DNA of 64,000 nucleotides from positions 1 to 64,000 of IMG/VR virus record IMGVR_UViG_3300028887_000102, one strand, 5' to 3'. Source of the stretch: a virus. Taxonomy: Duplodnaviria > Caudoviricetes. Both the position numbers and the translations under genes were made by a program. The notes under the pieces are model-generated. The model was not told the DNA's origin. It did not search any database and worked only from the letters and a program-made list of their open reading frames with translations. Positions 1 to 9,331 of the stretch are shown here, piece after piece; the first letter of the stretch is position 1; every line of letters begins with the position of its first letter.

Positions 1-195
1 TGAGAAAAGTTATTGCTTAAATAAACATATCGTACATAATTTGACATATACCCCTAAAAATATAAAACCAAAACCATTACAAAAAGAAACTCCCCATAAT
101 CGCAGAAAAGCCATATTGAACCGACTAAAAAGTATCTATAAAAAACAATAATTGCCGTGTATTCCGATTCCGCATAAAAATTGTCAAGAAATCTC

Positions 196-224
196 TTGAC
201 AAGCACAAGATATTTTATTATATT
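196..224 (+). promoter_or_regulatory. Early sigma70-type promoter, copy 1
   Basis: TTGACA(196-201)-17 nt-TATATT(219-224); same architecture as 8 other copies. Confidence 0.8.
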
Positions 225-281
225 CGGTATGGGAACAAAAGTGACCACACAACAAAATCAACCAATTTTAAAGGTGTCAAT

Positions 282-461
282 ATGCCGTATATCCGAAAGA
301 CCATCCACGAAATCCCCGGCTATGAACGCACGGTAGGGTATAGCGATAATGCTCTCAAGTTCATCCTTATTGTAAATAACCATGCAATCGCTAGAAAAAT
401 CCGTCACTCCGTATTTGGCGATTGCATCTATTATAAGGGCGAGTCCTACAACATTGATTAA
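282..461 (+). CDS. Small hypothetical early protein, 59 aa (MPYIRKTIHEIPGY...)
   Basis: Translated by hand; AAGGTG RBS-like motif; directly after promoter; below ORF-track cutoff. Confidence 0.6.
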   Translation: MPYIRKTIHEIPGYERTVGYSDNALKFILIVNNHAIARKIRHSVFGDCIYYKGESYNID

Positions 462-538
462 GTCTTTGGATAGATTTTATATATATTTAGGTAGTACAAG
501 AACACCACGGACAAGTTCTAACGACTAGAAGACTCTAA

Positions 539-1072
539 ATGAAGTTCGACCTTGGCACACACGCCTTGCGAAAGGCATTGACCCCGAAACCTTACACCCT
601 ACGGTGTAAGGTTCTTGAAGTGACCGCACCAGCCATCAAGGTTCAAGCCATTCTCAATGCCAAAGAAGAAGTCCACTTGGATTTCTGGGCGAAGCCATTA
701 TTGTCCCAGTCGGTATCTTACGAAGTTGATGATGAAGTCATCGTGGAAGTTCGTTCGCTCTGCGAAGCCTTTGTTTTGGGGCTTGCCGTAGAACTAGCGG
801 GTACTAACATTGAAGAAGAATTTCACATCCGCTTGGGTAAAAATATTCTCAAGGGCAGAAAGGATGGCACGCAGTTCTCATTTGATGGGGGAGACGGCAA
901 TTTCAAAATAGAGCATACCATATCCGGGACCACCGTAGAGACCAAGGGCATATTGACTCTTACTGGCGATATGGTTATGATTGCGGATGCTATGGGTCTA
1001 GCCTTAAATATGATGACCCCCTGCCCACTTGCCGGTATGCATGGGTCATCGCAGCAAAAATGTTTCTTGTAA
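539..1072 (+). CDS. Baseplate central spike (gpV/gp5-like OB-fold plus short beta-helix)
   Basis: N-terminal beta/OB-like region, Gly-rich beta repeats, C-terminal CPLAGMH metal-site-like tip. Confidence 0.55.
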   Translation: MKFDLGTHALRKALTPKPYTLRCKVLEVTAPAIKVQAILNAKEEVHLDFWAKPLLSQSVSYEVDDEVIVEVRSLCEAFVLGLAVELAGTNIEEEFHIRLGKNILKGRKDGTQFSFDGGDGNFKIEHTISGTTVETKGILTLTGDMVMIADAMGLALNMMTPCPLAGMHGSSQQKCFL

Positions 1073-1084
1073 ACGGAGAATACT

Positions 1085-1453
1085 ATGAATATCAAAGTTC
1101 ACGAATCCAAGAAGATGGAATCCGTAAATACGGACATCATTGATAGCGATAAGGCCAAGTTTAACTTTGATTTGGCTAAAGAAAACATTCTCAAGTTGAG
1201 CGATTTCGTGAATAAGATTCACGGAACGGATATACCCCTTAAACTTGATAGGGGTAGCATCGGTTCGGGTGGCTATGGCTACATTGTGTTTATGACCCGA
1301 CCATTCGGTATTGAAATTAAGTTTAACACAATAGGCAACACCGATGGTTTCATCTATTCCAAGGATGAAAACGAACGATGGAAAATCAATTCTGCCGAAG
1401 ACTTTACCGATAGTCTCGCAGAAGAAATCAAGGCATACAACGAATCCCACTAG
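1085..1453 (+). CDS. Putative capsid-internal protein with MNIKVHESKK leader
   Basis: Leader nearly identical to next gene at protein and DNA level. Confidence 0.6.
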   Translation: MNIKVHESKKMESVNTDIIDSDKAKFNFDLAKENILKLSDFVNKIHGTDIPLKLDRGSIGSGGYGYIVFMTRPFGIEIKFNTIGNTDGFIYSKDENERWKINSAEDFTDSLAEEIKAYNESH

Positions 1454-1462
1454 GGGGATGCT

Positions 1463-1753
1463 ATGAACATCAAAGTTCACGAATCCAAGAAGAATGAAAG
1501 GCTCTCCGATATTTCGCTTGACGAAATTGCTGGCGAAATTGCAAAAGAAGTTAAGAAGCGAATCGAAGATGGCTATGCCGAAACTACCGCAAGCGATATG
1601 GGCTACGAAGTCGGCAAGTCTCTCAAGGGTTGGATGCCCGACATCCTTTTGAATCTTGCAGAAGATGTTATGGACAAACTTGATGTATTCGGTTCGGATT
1701 ACGATAGTTTCTTTGATGCCATTAAAAATGCGGCAGAGAATGCAAGGGAATAA
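1463..1753 (+). CDS. Putative capsid-internal protein with MNIKVHESKKNE leader, acidic helical domain
   Basis: Shared leader. Confidence 0.6.
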   Translation: MNIKVHESKKNERLSDISLDEIAGEIAKEVKKRIEDGYAETTASDMGYEVGKSLKGWMPDILLNLAEDVMDKLDVFGSDYDSFFDAIKNAAENARE

Positions 1754-1759
1754 CCACCA

Positions 1760-2524
1760 ATGATTCAATCTATCGCCATACAATCTTACTTTGCTCAAAT
1801 GAGACATTTCTTTACCCGCCAAGGTTTTGATGGGTCTATGAAAGTTGTTTATAGCGGAGATGCCGAGGGTCCGCAGAGACTCCTTGAGCAAGATATGGCG
1901 AACAAGGAAATGGATAGGAAACAAGGAACGGACAAAGATACCGTTAGGAGTAAGCCGTACACCTATCTATTCTGGACAAAAGGTTCTCTGCAAAACATCA
2001 TCCGCAGACCGGTATATCTCCAAGATGGCTTTTCTCCCGATGGTAAGGCGAAATACAAGAAAACAGTGTCCGCATCGTTCCCGATGGCTTGCACTATCGT
2101 AAGCAACAAAGCGAATCTCATAGAAGACTTTTCCGAAGCATTCGCCGCCGAATACCAGAATATCCACAATGTTCCGGTCAATCTCAAGTATGGGTACGAT
2201 GACAAAGAAACATTTAATACCATCGGATTAGCACTTACGGCTATTCAAGAGTTGGGAAAAGATGAATTAGTGTCATTCCACACTGGCAACTTGTTTGCCT
2301 ATATGTGGGAAGTTATAATCCATTTTAACTTGGTAAGCGAGTTCGCAGATTGGAAGATGGCCCCCTTGAAGAAAGTGGTCGTGGATTTGTATAATCCGAA
2401 TGGCATTCCGCTTGGTTCTCTTGACTATAAAGGAAACCCGATGTGGAAGACCCATATTGCCACGGACGGAACGGAAGTGATTGTCCCGGAAAAGGCTTTC
2501 TTTGAAAAGGACATAACCAAATAA
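1760..2524 (+). CDS. Putative tail terminator/neck completion protein
   Basis: Size, alpha/beta pattern and structural context only. Confidence 0.35.
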   Translation: MIQSIAIQSYFAQMRHFFTRQGFDGSMKVVYSGDAEGPQRLLEQDMANKEMDRKQGTDKDTVRSKPYTYLFWTKGSLQNIIRRPVYLQDGFSPDGKAKYKKTVSASFPMACTIVSNKANLIEDFSEAFAAEYQNIHNVPVNLKYGYDDKETFNTIGLALTAIQELGKDELVSFHTGNLFAYMWEVIIHFNLVSEFADWKMAPLKKVVVDLYNPNGIPLGSLDYKGNPMWKTHIATDGTEVIVPEKAFFEKDITK

Positions 2525-2539
2525 TTTTCAATAAAACTC

Positions 2540-2568
2540 TTGACAACTCATTGACAATTAGTTATATT
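2540..2568 (+). promoter_or_regulatory. Early promoter copy 2
   Basis: TTGACA(2540-2545)-17-TATATT(2563-2568). Confidence 0.85.
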
Positions 2569-2665
2569 AGGGGATGGAGACGGAAAAGAATGAAAATCGT
2601 AAGCATTCCAAGACTATTGGTCAAGATTTTTATTACTTTTATTGATAAACAAAAAGGAGTTTCCA

Positions 2666-3133
2666 ATGAAATACTATGTCGATGACAGCCTTAACAATTT
2701 CAAGTTTTGGAGTGGTGCCGTAAGTAATGCCCAGGAACTTACCTATGACGAGATGCAACAGTTGGATGACATCTTGCCGGAATACTTTGGCGAAGAACCC
2801 CCAAGTGACACGGACATCAATGATATGTTCTGGATGGAATTTGAAACCATCTGCCACGCACTTGGCTATGCCTACATTGATGGTAAGGTTGTCCGTAGTG
2901 TAGAAGACCTCCCCGAAGAACTCCGTCTTGAAAAACTCAAGGAATATCTTGATGGCGAGGGCTGGTCCTATACGGATGAACAACTCAAGAAGATGGATAA
3001 GATTCTCGTTGATAACGAAACCTACAAGGTGGATGTTGATAACGATGACATTGATGACTCCGACCTTTATAATCTTGAAGACGAAGCCAAAGAAGCCGGC
3101 ATCAACACGGAAGAACCAGAAGACAACGACTAA
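2666..3133 (+). CDS. Highly acidic early protein (F-x-F-W-S-G-A / IND-x-FW phage family)
   Basis: AAGGAG RBS before ATG 2666; strongly D/E-rich; first gene after early promoter. Confidence 0.7.
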   Translation: MKYYVDDSLNNFKFWSGAVSNAQELTYDEMQQLDDILPEYFGEEPPSDTDINDMFWMEFETICHALGYAYIDGKVVRSVEDLPEELRLEKLKEYLDGEGWSYTDEQLKKMDKILVDNETYKVDVDNDDIDDSDLYNLEDEAKEAGINTEEPEDND

Positions 3134-3413
3134 TAAAGGAATGGTGCTATGACTCTCAAGAATTTGTTGATGGACACCCATAGCCTTGGAAACAATAACG
3201 GCTCCGGTACAATCCTTGCGGAGTTTAGCACACCTGGTGAAGCCGTCCAGTGCTATCGTTCCGTGTGGGATGCCTTTGATAAGGGCGATATGCTGGGGTC
3301 TTGGCAATGAATGCGTCCAATCTTGGACGTGCCACAATTACTTTACGATTATGATGGAAAAGGACATCGACATCGTGAACGATTACATCCTTATGATTTG
3401 TGGGGAATAATAT

Positions 3414-4676
3414 ATGAAGATTAGTGTAAAATCCAAATCCGAAGACTGCGGAGCATCCGCGGCTTCTCTTGGTGCAATCCCTACCGGTGGTAGCAGAGTC
3501 CGTAAGAACGAGGGTATTGATTTCTCCAAGTATCAAAAGGATATAGATACTACCATTTCTGCCGTGGATGGTGCTATCGGAAAGAAATACGATGACTTGA
3601 GAAAAGACATTCCATCGTATTGGAAGTTGCCACCGGTTCAATTAGCACGCCCCCTTGCGGATGGCTACAAAATATTAAAGTTCGTACCTAATCACATTAT
3701 ACCGGAAACGCACACGATGATTTCCGTGTATATGGATGCGGACAATATCATCAAGTACATCGTCGGCGATATTAAATCGGACAAGGATTTGAAAACTATC
3801 CAGCATCTTGAAGCCGGTGACACCAAGCTCATCCGCAAGTTGTATGGCGATAAGACCTATCGCTCCGAAGCCAATAAAAAAGAATACAATGTCTATGTGG
3901 GTCAATACGAACTCATTATCACGGACAAAGTTCTTGGCGAACCATACGGCTTCATTGATACCGTTCCGCTTTATGACAACCTTGAAGATGATTTGCTTGC
4001 GGATTATCCGTCTGCAACTATCGTCTATGACCAAGACATCAAGGATGAAGTCATTGCGAATGTCTATCCGTGGCTTGAGGGCGATGTGAACAACGGTAGT
4101 GTCCAATTCGCAGACTTTTCAAATGATGTAGCGGAATCCAAGAATGAATCGGAAAACCCAATTTCCAAAATTTATGGAGATGGCAAGATTGTCACACACG
4201 TTAATTCCGCAGATGGCTCGTTCGCAAACGAATACGAACCTATCGGTTATGCCATCTTGAACAACGATGTTGAAGGTCTCAAGGCTCTCAAGAACGGCAA
4301 CCCATCTACACCGAATAATCCCGACCGAACGGCAGGGTGGTATGAAGAAGATGACGATGTGTGGAAGTTTAATTGGGATAATGCCTATGATATGGAGTTC
4401 TATGAAGATTGGGAACGAGTCATCGGCAAGACGAATAACCAAGAAGCCTTGAAGCAAATGCTTGAATACGATAGTGGTTTCATCGTTGCTTCTATTGACT
4501 TTAACAATGCTATCCACGCAGGGTATGACAAGGCTCTCATCAAGAAGTTGCTTGATAATGTTCGAAACGGCATCGGTGACGATGAAGACTTGAAGATTAA
4601 CTATCTTGGCGATGAGGATTTCATTGATGCCGAACATCCCGACCCGATTAAGAATCTTGAAGATTTCTTGAAATAA
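3414..4676 (+). CDS. Multi-domain putative internal-head polyprotein
   Basis: MKISVKSKSE leader; internal VRKNE and AESKNESE linkers. Confidence 0.6.
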   Translation: MKISVKSKSEDCGASAASLGAIPTGGSRVRKNEGIDFSKYQKDIDTTISAVDGAIGKKYDDLRKDIPSYWKLPPVQLARPLADGYKILKFVPNHIIPETHTMISVYMDADNIIKYIVGDIKSDKDLKTIQHLEAGDTKLIRKLYGDKTYRSEANKKEYNVYVGQYELIITDKVLGEPYGFIDTVPLYDNLEDDLLADYPSATIVYDQDIKDEVIANVYPWLEGDVNNGSVQFADFSNDVAESKNESENPISKIYGDGKIVTHVNSADGSFANEYEPIGYAILNNDVEGLKALKNGNPSTPNNPDRTAGWYEEDDDVWKFNWDNAYDMEFYEDWERVIGKTNNQEALKQMLEYDSGFIVASIDFNNAIHAGYDKALIKKLLDNVRNGIGDDEDLKINYLGDEDFIDAEHPDPIKNLEDFLK

Positions 4677-4708
4677 GGGTATATTAGACCTATTCCCATA
4701 AAATTTCA

Positions 4709-4741
4709 AGCGCCCATTTATCCACAATGGGTGCTTTTTTA
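4709..4741 (+). terminator. Intrinsic terminator
   Basis: AGCGCCCATT/AATGGGTGCT stem plus T-tract. Confidence 0.8.
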
Positions 4742-4779
4742 TTATATTCTCCATAAGAAACTCAATCGGAGTAGCATTT

Positions 4780-5178
4780 ATGCAGATTACAGTTAAAGAA
4801 CACAAAGTCCGTGAGGCTAATGAGACATCGCTTGTCTATACCCTAGAAAATGCGATGGGGTATCACATTGAAAATGGTGTTAAGCGCAATGTCTATGGTG
4901 GTTATAGCGGAATTGGTGGTCTAGCAAATAAGCAATTCCGTAGCCCGGAAGACCTAATCGACTATGTACTTAAAAAACTCCGCTTGGGAAAGAAAGACCA
5001 GCAGACCTTGAAGATTACAACCGATAACAACGATTATCGTGTATTCATTATATTTGATTGGGGCACCGGTAGTTCTACTTATGAGGAAATGATTACGGTT
5101 AAAGCCACAGTCACAAAGGATGCAAAGCCCAACGAATATGTTGGCGAAATTGAAAAAGCCATTTCCAATCGAGGTTAA
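4780..5178 (+). CDS. Putative capsid-internal protein with MQITVKEH leader
   Basis: Leader; immediately upstream of prohead protease. Confidence 0.55.
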   Translation: MQITVKEHKVREANETSLVYTLENAMGYHIENGVKRNVYGGYSGIGGLANKQFRSPEDLIDYVLKKLRLGKKDQQTLKITTDNNDYRVFIIFDWGTGSSTYEEMITVKATVTKDAKPNEYVGEIEKAISNRG

Positions 5179-5183
5179 TTACT

Positions 5184-6200
5184 ATGCAGATTGCAGAAGA
5201 TTTCATTCCATTCAAGTGCGAGTTCGTTGATGACATTTCGCAAGTCAATGAATCTGCACAGTCCGAAGTAGCCAATAGCAATGGTACTATTCTTGCCATC
5301 GTCAAGGGTAAACATTTTGTACCGGGTGGTGTATCTCGCAACCGCCGTAAGTACACCGAAGAACTTTGGCAAGCGGCAGGGAAAGACGAAGAAGTTCAAC
5401 GCAAGGTCAAGAATAACCAAATGATTGGTCGTGTCGGTCACGAAGCCGAAATCACGGATGAAGACCTTGGCGAGGGTCGTTATAGCCACTATACCCGAAA
5501 CATCAACTGGGAAACTGGCGAAGCCGAAGATGTCATTCTTAATACACCGATGGGCAATTCTCTTTATACATTGCTCCGTTCGGGTGTCGTGATGTATGTG
5601 TCTTCCAGAGCCGATGGCGATTATAATGGCAAGGATGAAGACGGCAACGATATTCTTGACCCGAAGACCTACAAGCTCGAACGATTTGACTTTGTTCAAG
5701 ACCCCGGATTCTTGGACGCCCACCCCAAGATGATTACGGAATCCAAGCAAGAAAAGGATGAATCCATTGAAATCGCCGTAGCCGAATCGCTTCTCAAGAC
5801 CGCCAAGGAAATCGGGGCAGAACTTGAACTTGACGGCAACACCTATATGGTTGAAAGCGTTGAAAAGGATGCCGTAATAATGTCCGACTGCACCTCTGGG
5901 TCCAGTGACAATTACAAGTTGGAAGATTTTACGGAAGTGACCGAAGACATCCGTAGGTCTATCGTTTTGCATTGCGAAAGTTTGAGTAAGGAAATCAAGG
6001 AATCCCACGAACTTGTAAAGACCCTGCGATTCGCTAACAAGCAAGGTCTCAACGAAGACTTTGTGGAAAAACGCAGAAAGGCCGGTGCTACATTTGAAAG
6101 CATTGAAAAGGAATATTCCACTCCGCAGACATTCAAGGTCGTGGAAACCAAGATTAACAAGAAAGATGACGATTCGTTCTTAACCCGACTCTTTGGGTAA
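5184..6200 (+). CDS. Prohead protease (T4 gp21-like serine protease) with C-terminal extension
   Basis: SRNRRKY, G-x-GH, YVSSRADG and FDFVQDPGF motifs typical of gp21/S77-type proteases; upstream of scaffold and capsid. Confidence 0.9.
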   Translation: MQIAEDFIPFKCEFVDDISQVNESAQSEVANSNGTILAIVKGKHFVPGGVSRNRRKYTEELWQAAGKDEEVQRKVKNNQMIGRVGHEAEITDEDLGEGRYSHYTRNINWETGEAEDVILNTPMGNSLYTLLRSGVVMYVSSRADGDYNGKDEDGNDILDPKTYKLERFDFVQDPGFLDAHPKMITESKQEKDESIEIAVAESLLKTAKEIGAELELDGNTYMVESVEKDAVIMSDCTSGSSDNYKLEDFTEVTEDIRRSIVLHCESLSKEIKESHELVKTLRFANKQGLNEDFVEKRRKAGATFESIEKEYSTPQTFKVVETKINKKDDDSFLTRLFG

Positions 6201-6212
6201 GGAGTAATTCTT

Positions 6213-6611
6213 ATGCAGATTAAAGTAAAAGAATCTCACAAAAAGAATGAAGCCATTGAAACTATCCCGGACTTATTGTATGCCAAAGGTTATACACCAA
6301 TGGAAGCATCCGATGACGATAGGATTATTGCATATATTCTGTTAAGCACCGGTATAGAAACGCCATCTAACATTTCCGTTGTGGCAACATACTATTACAA
6401 AGATGGTCAATTTTCTACGGAAGTTTTGATTGGCGATTGCGAAAAAGTCTGCACGGAGAATGGTAGTCCAAAAGACCTTTATTGCACGTTCATCGGTAAT
6501 GACCCCGGCATAAACAATATGTCCGTTGAAATGGCTAAAGGTATGCTTTCCGCGGCAGAAAAAGCGGCGAAGTTGTATATAAAAGCCCTTAACCAGATAA
6601 AGCAAGTTTAA
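6213..6611 (+). CDS. Putative capsid-internal protein with MQIKVKESHKKNE leader
   Basis: Leader. Confidence 0.6.
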   Translation: MQIKVKESHKKNEAIETIPDLLYAKGYTPMEASDDDRIIAYILLSTGIETPSNISVVATYYYKDGQFSTEVLIGDCEKVCTENGSPKDLYCTFIGNDPGINNMSVEMAKGMLSAAEKAAKLYIKALNQIKQV

Positions 6612-6621
6612 GGTTTTTACT

Positions 6622-8520
6622 ATGAACTATGTGTATGCAACGGTATCGTATCAAGACGGCAGAAACATTAAGTATGCCGATTCACTTGGTATTGGCAGAA
6701 CTATGGGCGAAGCGGAAAAGAATTTAAAAGATACTCTTTTCAAGTACCACCCGAAAGCAAAGCCTTACTATAACGACATTTACGATGCACAATCACGCCA
6801 TCAAAATTATAATTTTGAGCTTGAAGATGCATTCACGGCATTACGCGGATTGGATAAACACCCCGAACTAATACAAATACTTTTGGATTACATTCCACAA
6901 GCAATTACTAAAAGATTACCGGGTGTTAAAGTTATTTCGGATGCTATTACAGAATCGACACCAAATGGGTACAATGTCCTTATTGACTTACAAGATAGGG
7001 ATGGGAACAAGTTCACATTGGAAGTTGCTTATGGTGGCAACCCGGCTATGCACGTCTCTATATTCTCCAAAGAGAATAATCGCTATGTAAGCGATACTGC
7101 AAAAGGCTATCCACCCGAATGCCCGGACATCAAGAAATTGCTTGACCAATATTACAAGTATCTCAACAACGAAAGTTTAATGAACAAAAGGAGACAACCT
7201 ATGAAAAGGTATGAATGCTCAATGCAGAAGAAAAAGGAATCTATCTCTAAAGCTCTTCCAAAACACGATTGGCTTGACGCCGAAACTTTGGAAAAAGAAA
7301 TAACGAGCATCTTGGATTCCGAAGGCGAAGACATCAAGAAAGATGTTGAGGGTAGTGGCGATGACCCCTACTTTACGGAACTTGCCCTTGAGACGGTTAA
7401 GGATTCCGGGTACTATGGCGATTTGTGCGAACGCATCCAAGATGATATGTACAAGTATGTCAATGGTGGCGATTACAAGATTCCCGGCAACTTTGAACGA
7501 ATCAACTGGTCTTGGGATGAAGACCATAAGGATGGTATCAAGTTTAACGAACTCCGTAATAAGTTGCTTAACGGCATTGACGATGCGGACACCAATGAAT
7601 TTTCTACTTGGGCTATCGACTGGTTCTTTAAGGCTTTTGGAACTTTCGGTATTACATACAAGTTCCGTGACTTGGTTAATGACCTTGCCTACGATTATGA
7701 ACACGAAGACAATGACCCAGAAGAATCCTTGAAGAAAGGCGAAGCCCGAACCAAGCGACCCATTGAAAGTTTTATTGGCGAAGAAAAGATTTTGTTCAAG
7801 CACACGGAAATCCCGAACGAATTGAAGCAAGTGTACGATGCTTGCAAGAAGCGTTTTAACTGCGAACCGAATCTTGTTTCAATGGCAGATTCTTCGGATA
7901 TGGGCTATTACAAAATGAATGGCTCTTATGGAAGTGATGTTAAGATTCGTGTTGAAGTCGAACGCGAAGATGGCAAGTTCATCGTAAGTGTTGATGGTCT
8001 TGACGAAACTACCGGCTACCATTGGGAAACCTTGGGCAAGGGCGAATCCGAAAATATCAAGCAAGCGATTGATTCTGCAATGGCAGAAGTGGATAAGAAC
8101 CTTATGCCGTTTGCTACCAAGATTCATAAGGCTATTAAAGGCGAATCCAAGAAGTCCGAAGCCGAAAATCCGAAAGATGTCATTGGCGATGAACTCCCCT
8201 ATGGTATGATGCAGTATCGTGACGAAGAAACAAAGGAATGGTTGCCTATTCTCGTTAGTATCAATTACAATGACCGTGGTTGGTTCTATGAGGGTCTTGC
8301 TCCGTCGGATAATTTTGGTAATTTCAGTTTTGAAGAATTTAACCGTGGATTCCTCAAGACTTGCAAATCTGGTACGGATAAGTGTGACCAAGAACTCGTT
8401 AATTCTATGAAGAAGTTCTTCACGGAATCTTCTATGGATATTGATAAGATGCCAACTAAAGAAGTGACCAACCTTACGGCATACATTCCGAAGGGAAAGC
8501 CCTACATCGGCAAGGAATAA
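6622..8520 (+). CDS. ESKK-linked polyprotein, 632 aa, with possible internal start at 7201
   Basis: Linkers KKKES, EESLKKGE, GESKKSE; AAGGAG plus in-frame ATG at 7201. Confidence 0.65.
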   Translation: MNYVYATVSYQDGRNIKYADSLGIGRTMGEAEKNLKDTLFKYHPKAKPYYNDIYDAQSRHQNYNFELEDAFTALRGLDKHPELIQILLDYIPQAITKRLPGVKVISDAITESTPNGYNVLIDLQDRDGNKFTLEVAYGGNPAMHVSIFSKENNRYVSDTAKGYPPECPDIKKLLDQYYKYLNNESLMNKRRQPMKRYECSMQKKKESISKALPKHDWLDAETLEKEITSILDSEGEDIKKDVEGSGDDPYFTELALETVKDSGYYGDLCERIQDDMYKYVNGGDYKIPGNFERINWSWDEDHKDGIKFNELRNKLLNGIDDADTNEFSTWAIDWFFKAFGTFGITYKFRDLVNDLAYDYEHEDNDPEESLKKGEARTKRPIESFIGEEKILFKHTEIPNELKQVYDACKKRFNCEPNLVSMADSSDMGYYKMNGSYGSDVKIRVEVEREDGKFIVSVDGLDETTGYHWETLGKGESENIKQAIDSAMAEVDKNLMPFATKIHKAIKGESKKSEAENPKDVIGDELPYGMMQYRDEETKEWLPILVSINYNDRGWFYEGLAPSDNFGNFSFEEFNRGFLKTCKSGTDKCDQELVNSMKKFFTESSMDIDKMPTKEVTNLTAYIPKGKPYIGKE

Positions 8521-8542
8521 AATCCATCCAAAAATTAAAACG

Positions 8543-8575
8543 AGCCACCCGATTTTTCCGGGTGGCTTTCTTTTT
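8543..8575 (+). terminator. Intrinsic terminator
   Basis: AGCCACCCG/CGGGTGGCT stem plus T-tract. Confidence 0.85.
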
Positions 8576-8847
8576 ATATACAAACTAAATATAACACTTT
8601 ATCAACAAACTAATAAAATATCATATAAAATATAATAGAATATCATTTGTATATAATAGAATATCACAACAAATTAACAAAAAGTTCAAGTTTTTTCAAC
8701 ATAATCTCAAGATTTTGCATTTTATTTAATACATTTCGTTGTTAGAGGGCCGGCAATCCCTGCCGTGCGTGCAATAACTACCCTTGTAGGAGAGTGACCC
8801 ACAGTCACTTTAAAAATGCACCGAACCCTATCAAGGAGACCATAACA

Positions 8848-9312
8848 ATGGTTAAAACAATCAAATCCCGAAAGCTCCGTGAAGATGACGGTGTTGTGAA
8901 AGTCGGTGACATCAAACTTGATGCCGGCACAGCAGAAGTCATTTATGCGGACAAGGAAAAGGACATCCAGGTTGTCGTTTCCGATGACCCAGAAGACCCG
9001 AACGTTGGCATTGTAGCCGTGTTGTCCAACTCTAACGAAGAAGTCGAAGATGAAGAAGTCCTCGGCTCTGCCACCGTTGAGGGCGAAGACAAGAAGGGCG
9101 ATGGTGCCGAAGAAGCAAAGAAAAAGGCTCGCCGTGAAGCATTCCGCAAGCGTCTCGAAGCCCGCCGTTCCAACGGCACGGCAAGTGAACGCCGCGAAGC
9201 ATTCAAGAAGCGCCTTGAAGCACGTCGCACTGCAAGAAAGCAGGAATCCCGCCAAAAGGATATTGCCGAAGCCCGTGCGAAATTCAAGTCTAAACTCGGC
9301 AAGAAAGCCTAA
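8848..9312 (+). CDS. Prohead scaffold/core protein
   Basis: AAGGAG RBS; acidic N-half, repeated RREAF[RK]KRLEARR helical C-half; directly before capsid gene. Confidence 0.7.
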   Translation: MVKTIKSRKLREDDGVVKVGDIKLDAGTAEVIYADKEKDIQVVVSDDPEDPNVGIVAVLSNSNEEVEDEEVLGSATVEGEDKKGDGAEEAKKKARREAFRKRLEARRSNGTASERREAFKKRLEARRTARKQESRQKDIAEARAKFKSKLGKKA

Positions 9313-9331
9313 TCAATAGGAGAAACAAACA

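Noticed and set aside
54-248. Minus-strand 64-aa ORF
   Set aside because: Overlaps promoter copy 1; low-complexity AT-rich; no RBS.
3149-3410. Two overlapping short frames (3149-3310 and 3186-3410) suggesting a frameshifted gene or TGA readthrough
   Set aside because: No homology available to decide; could be a 53-aa gene, a pseudogene or a sequencing indel.
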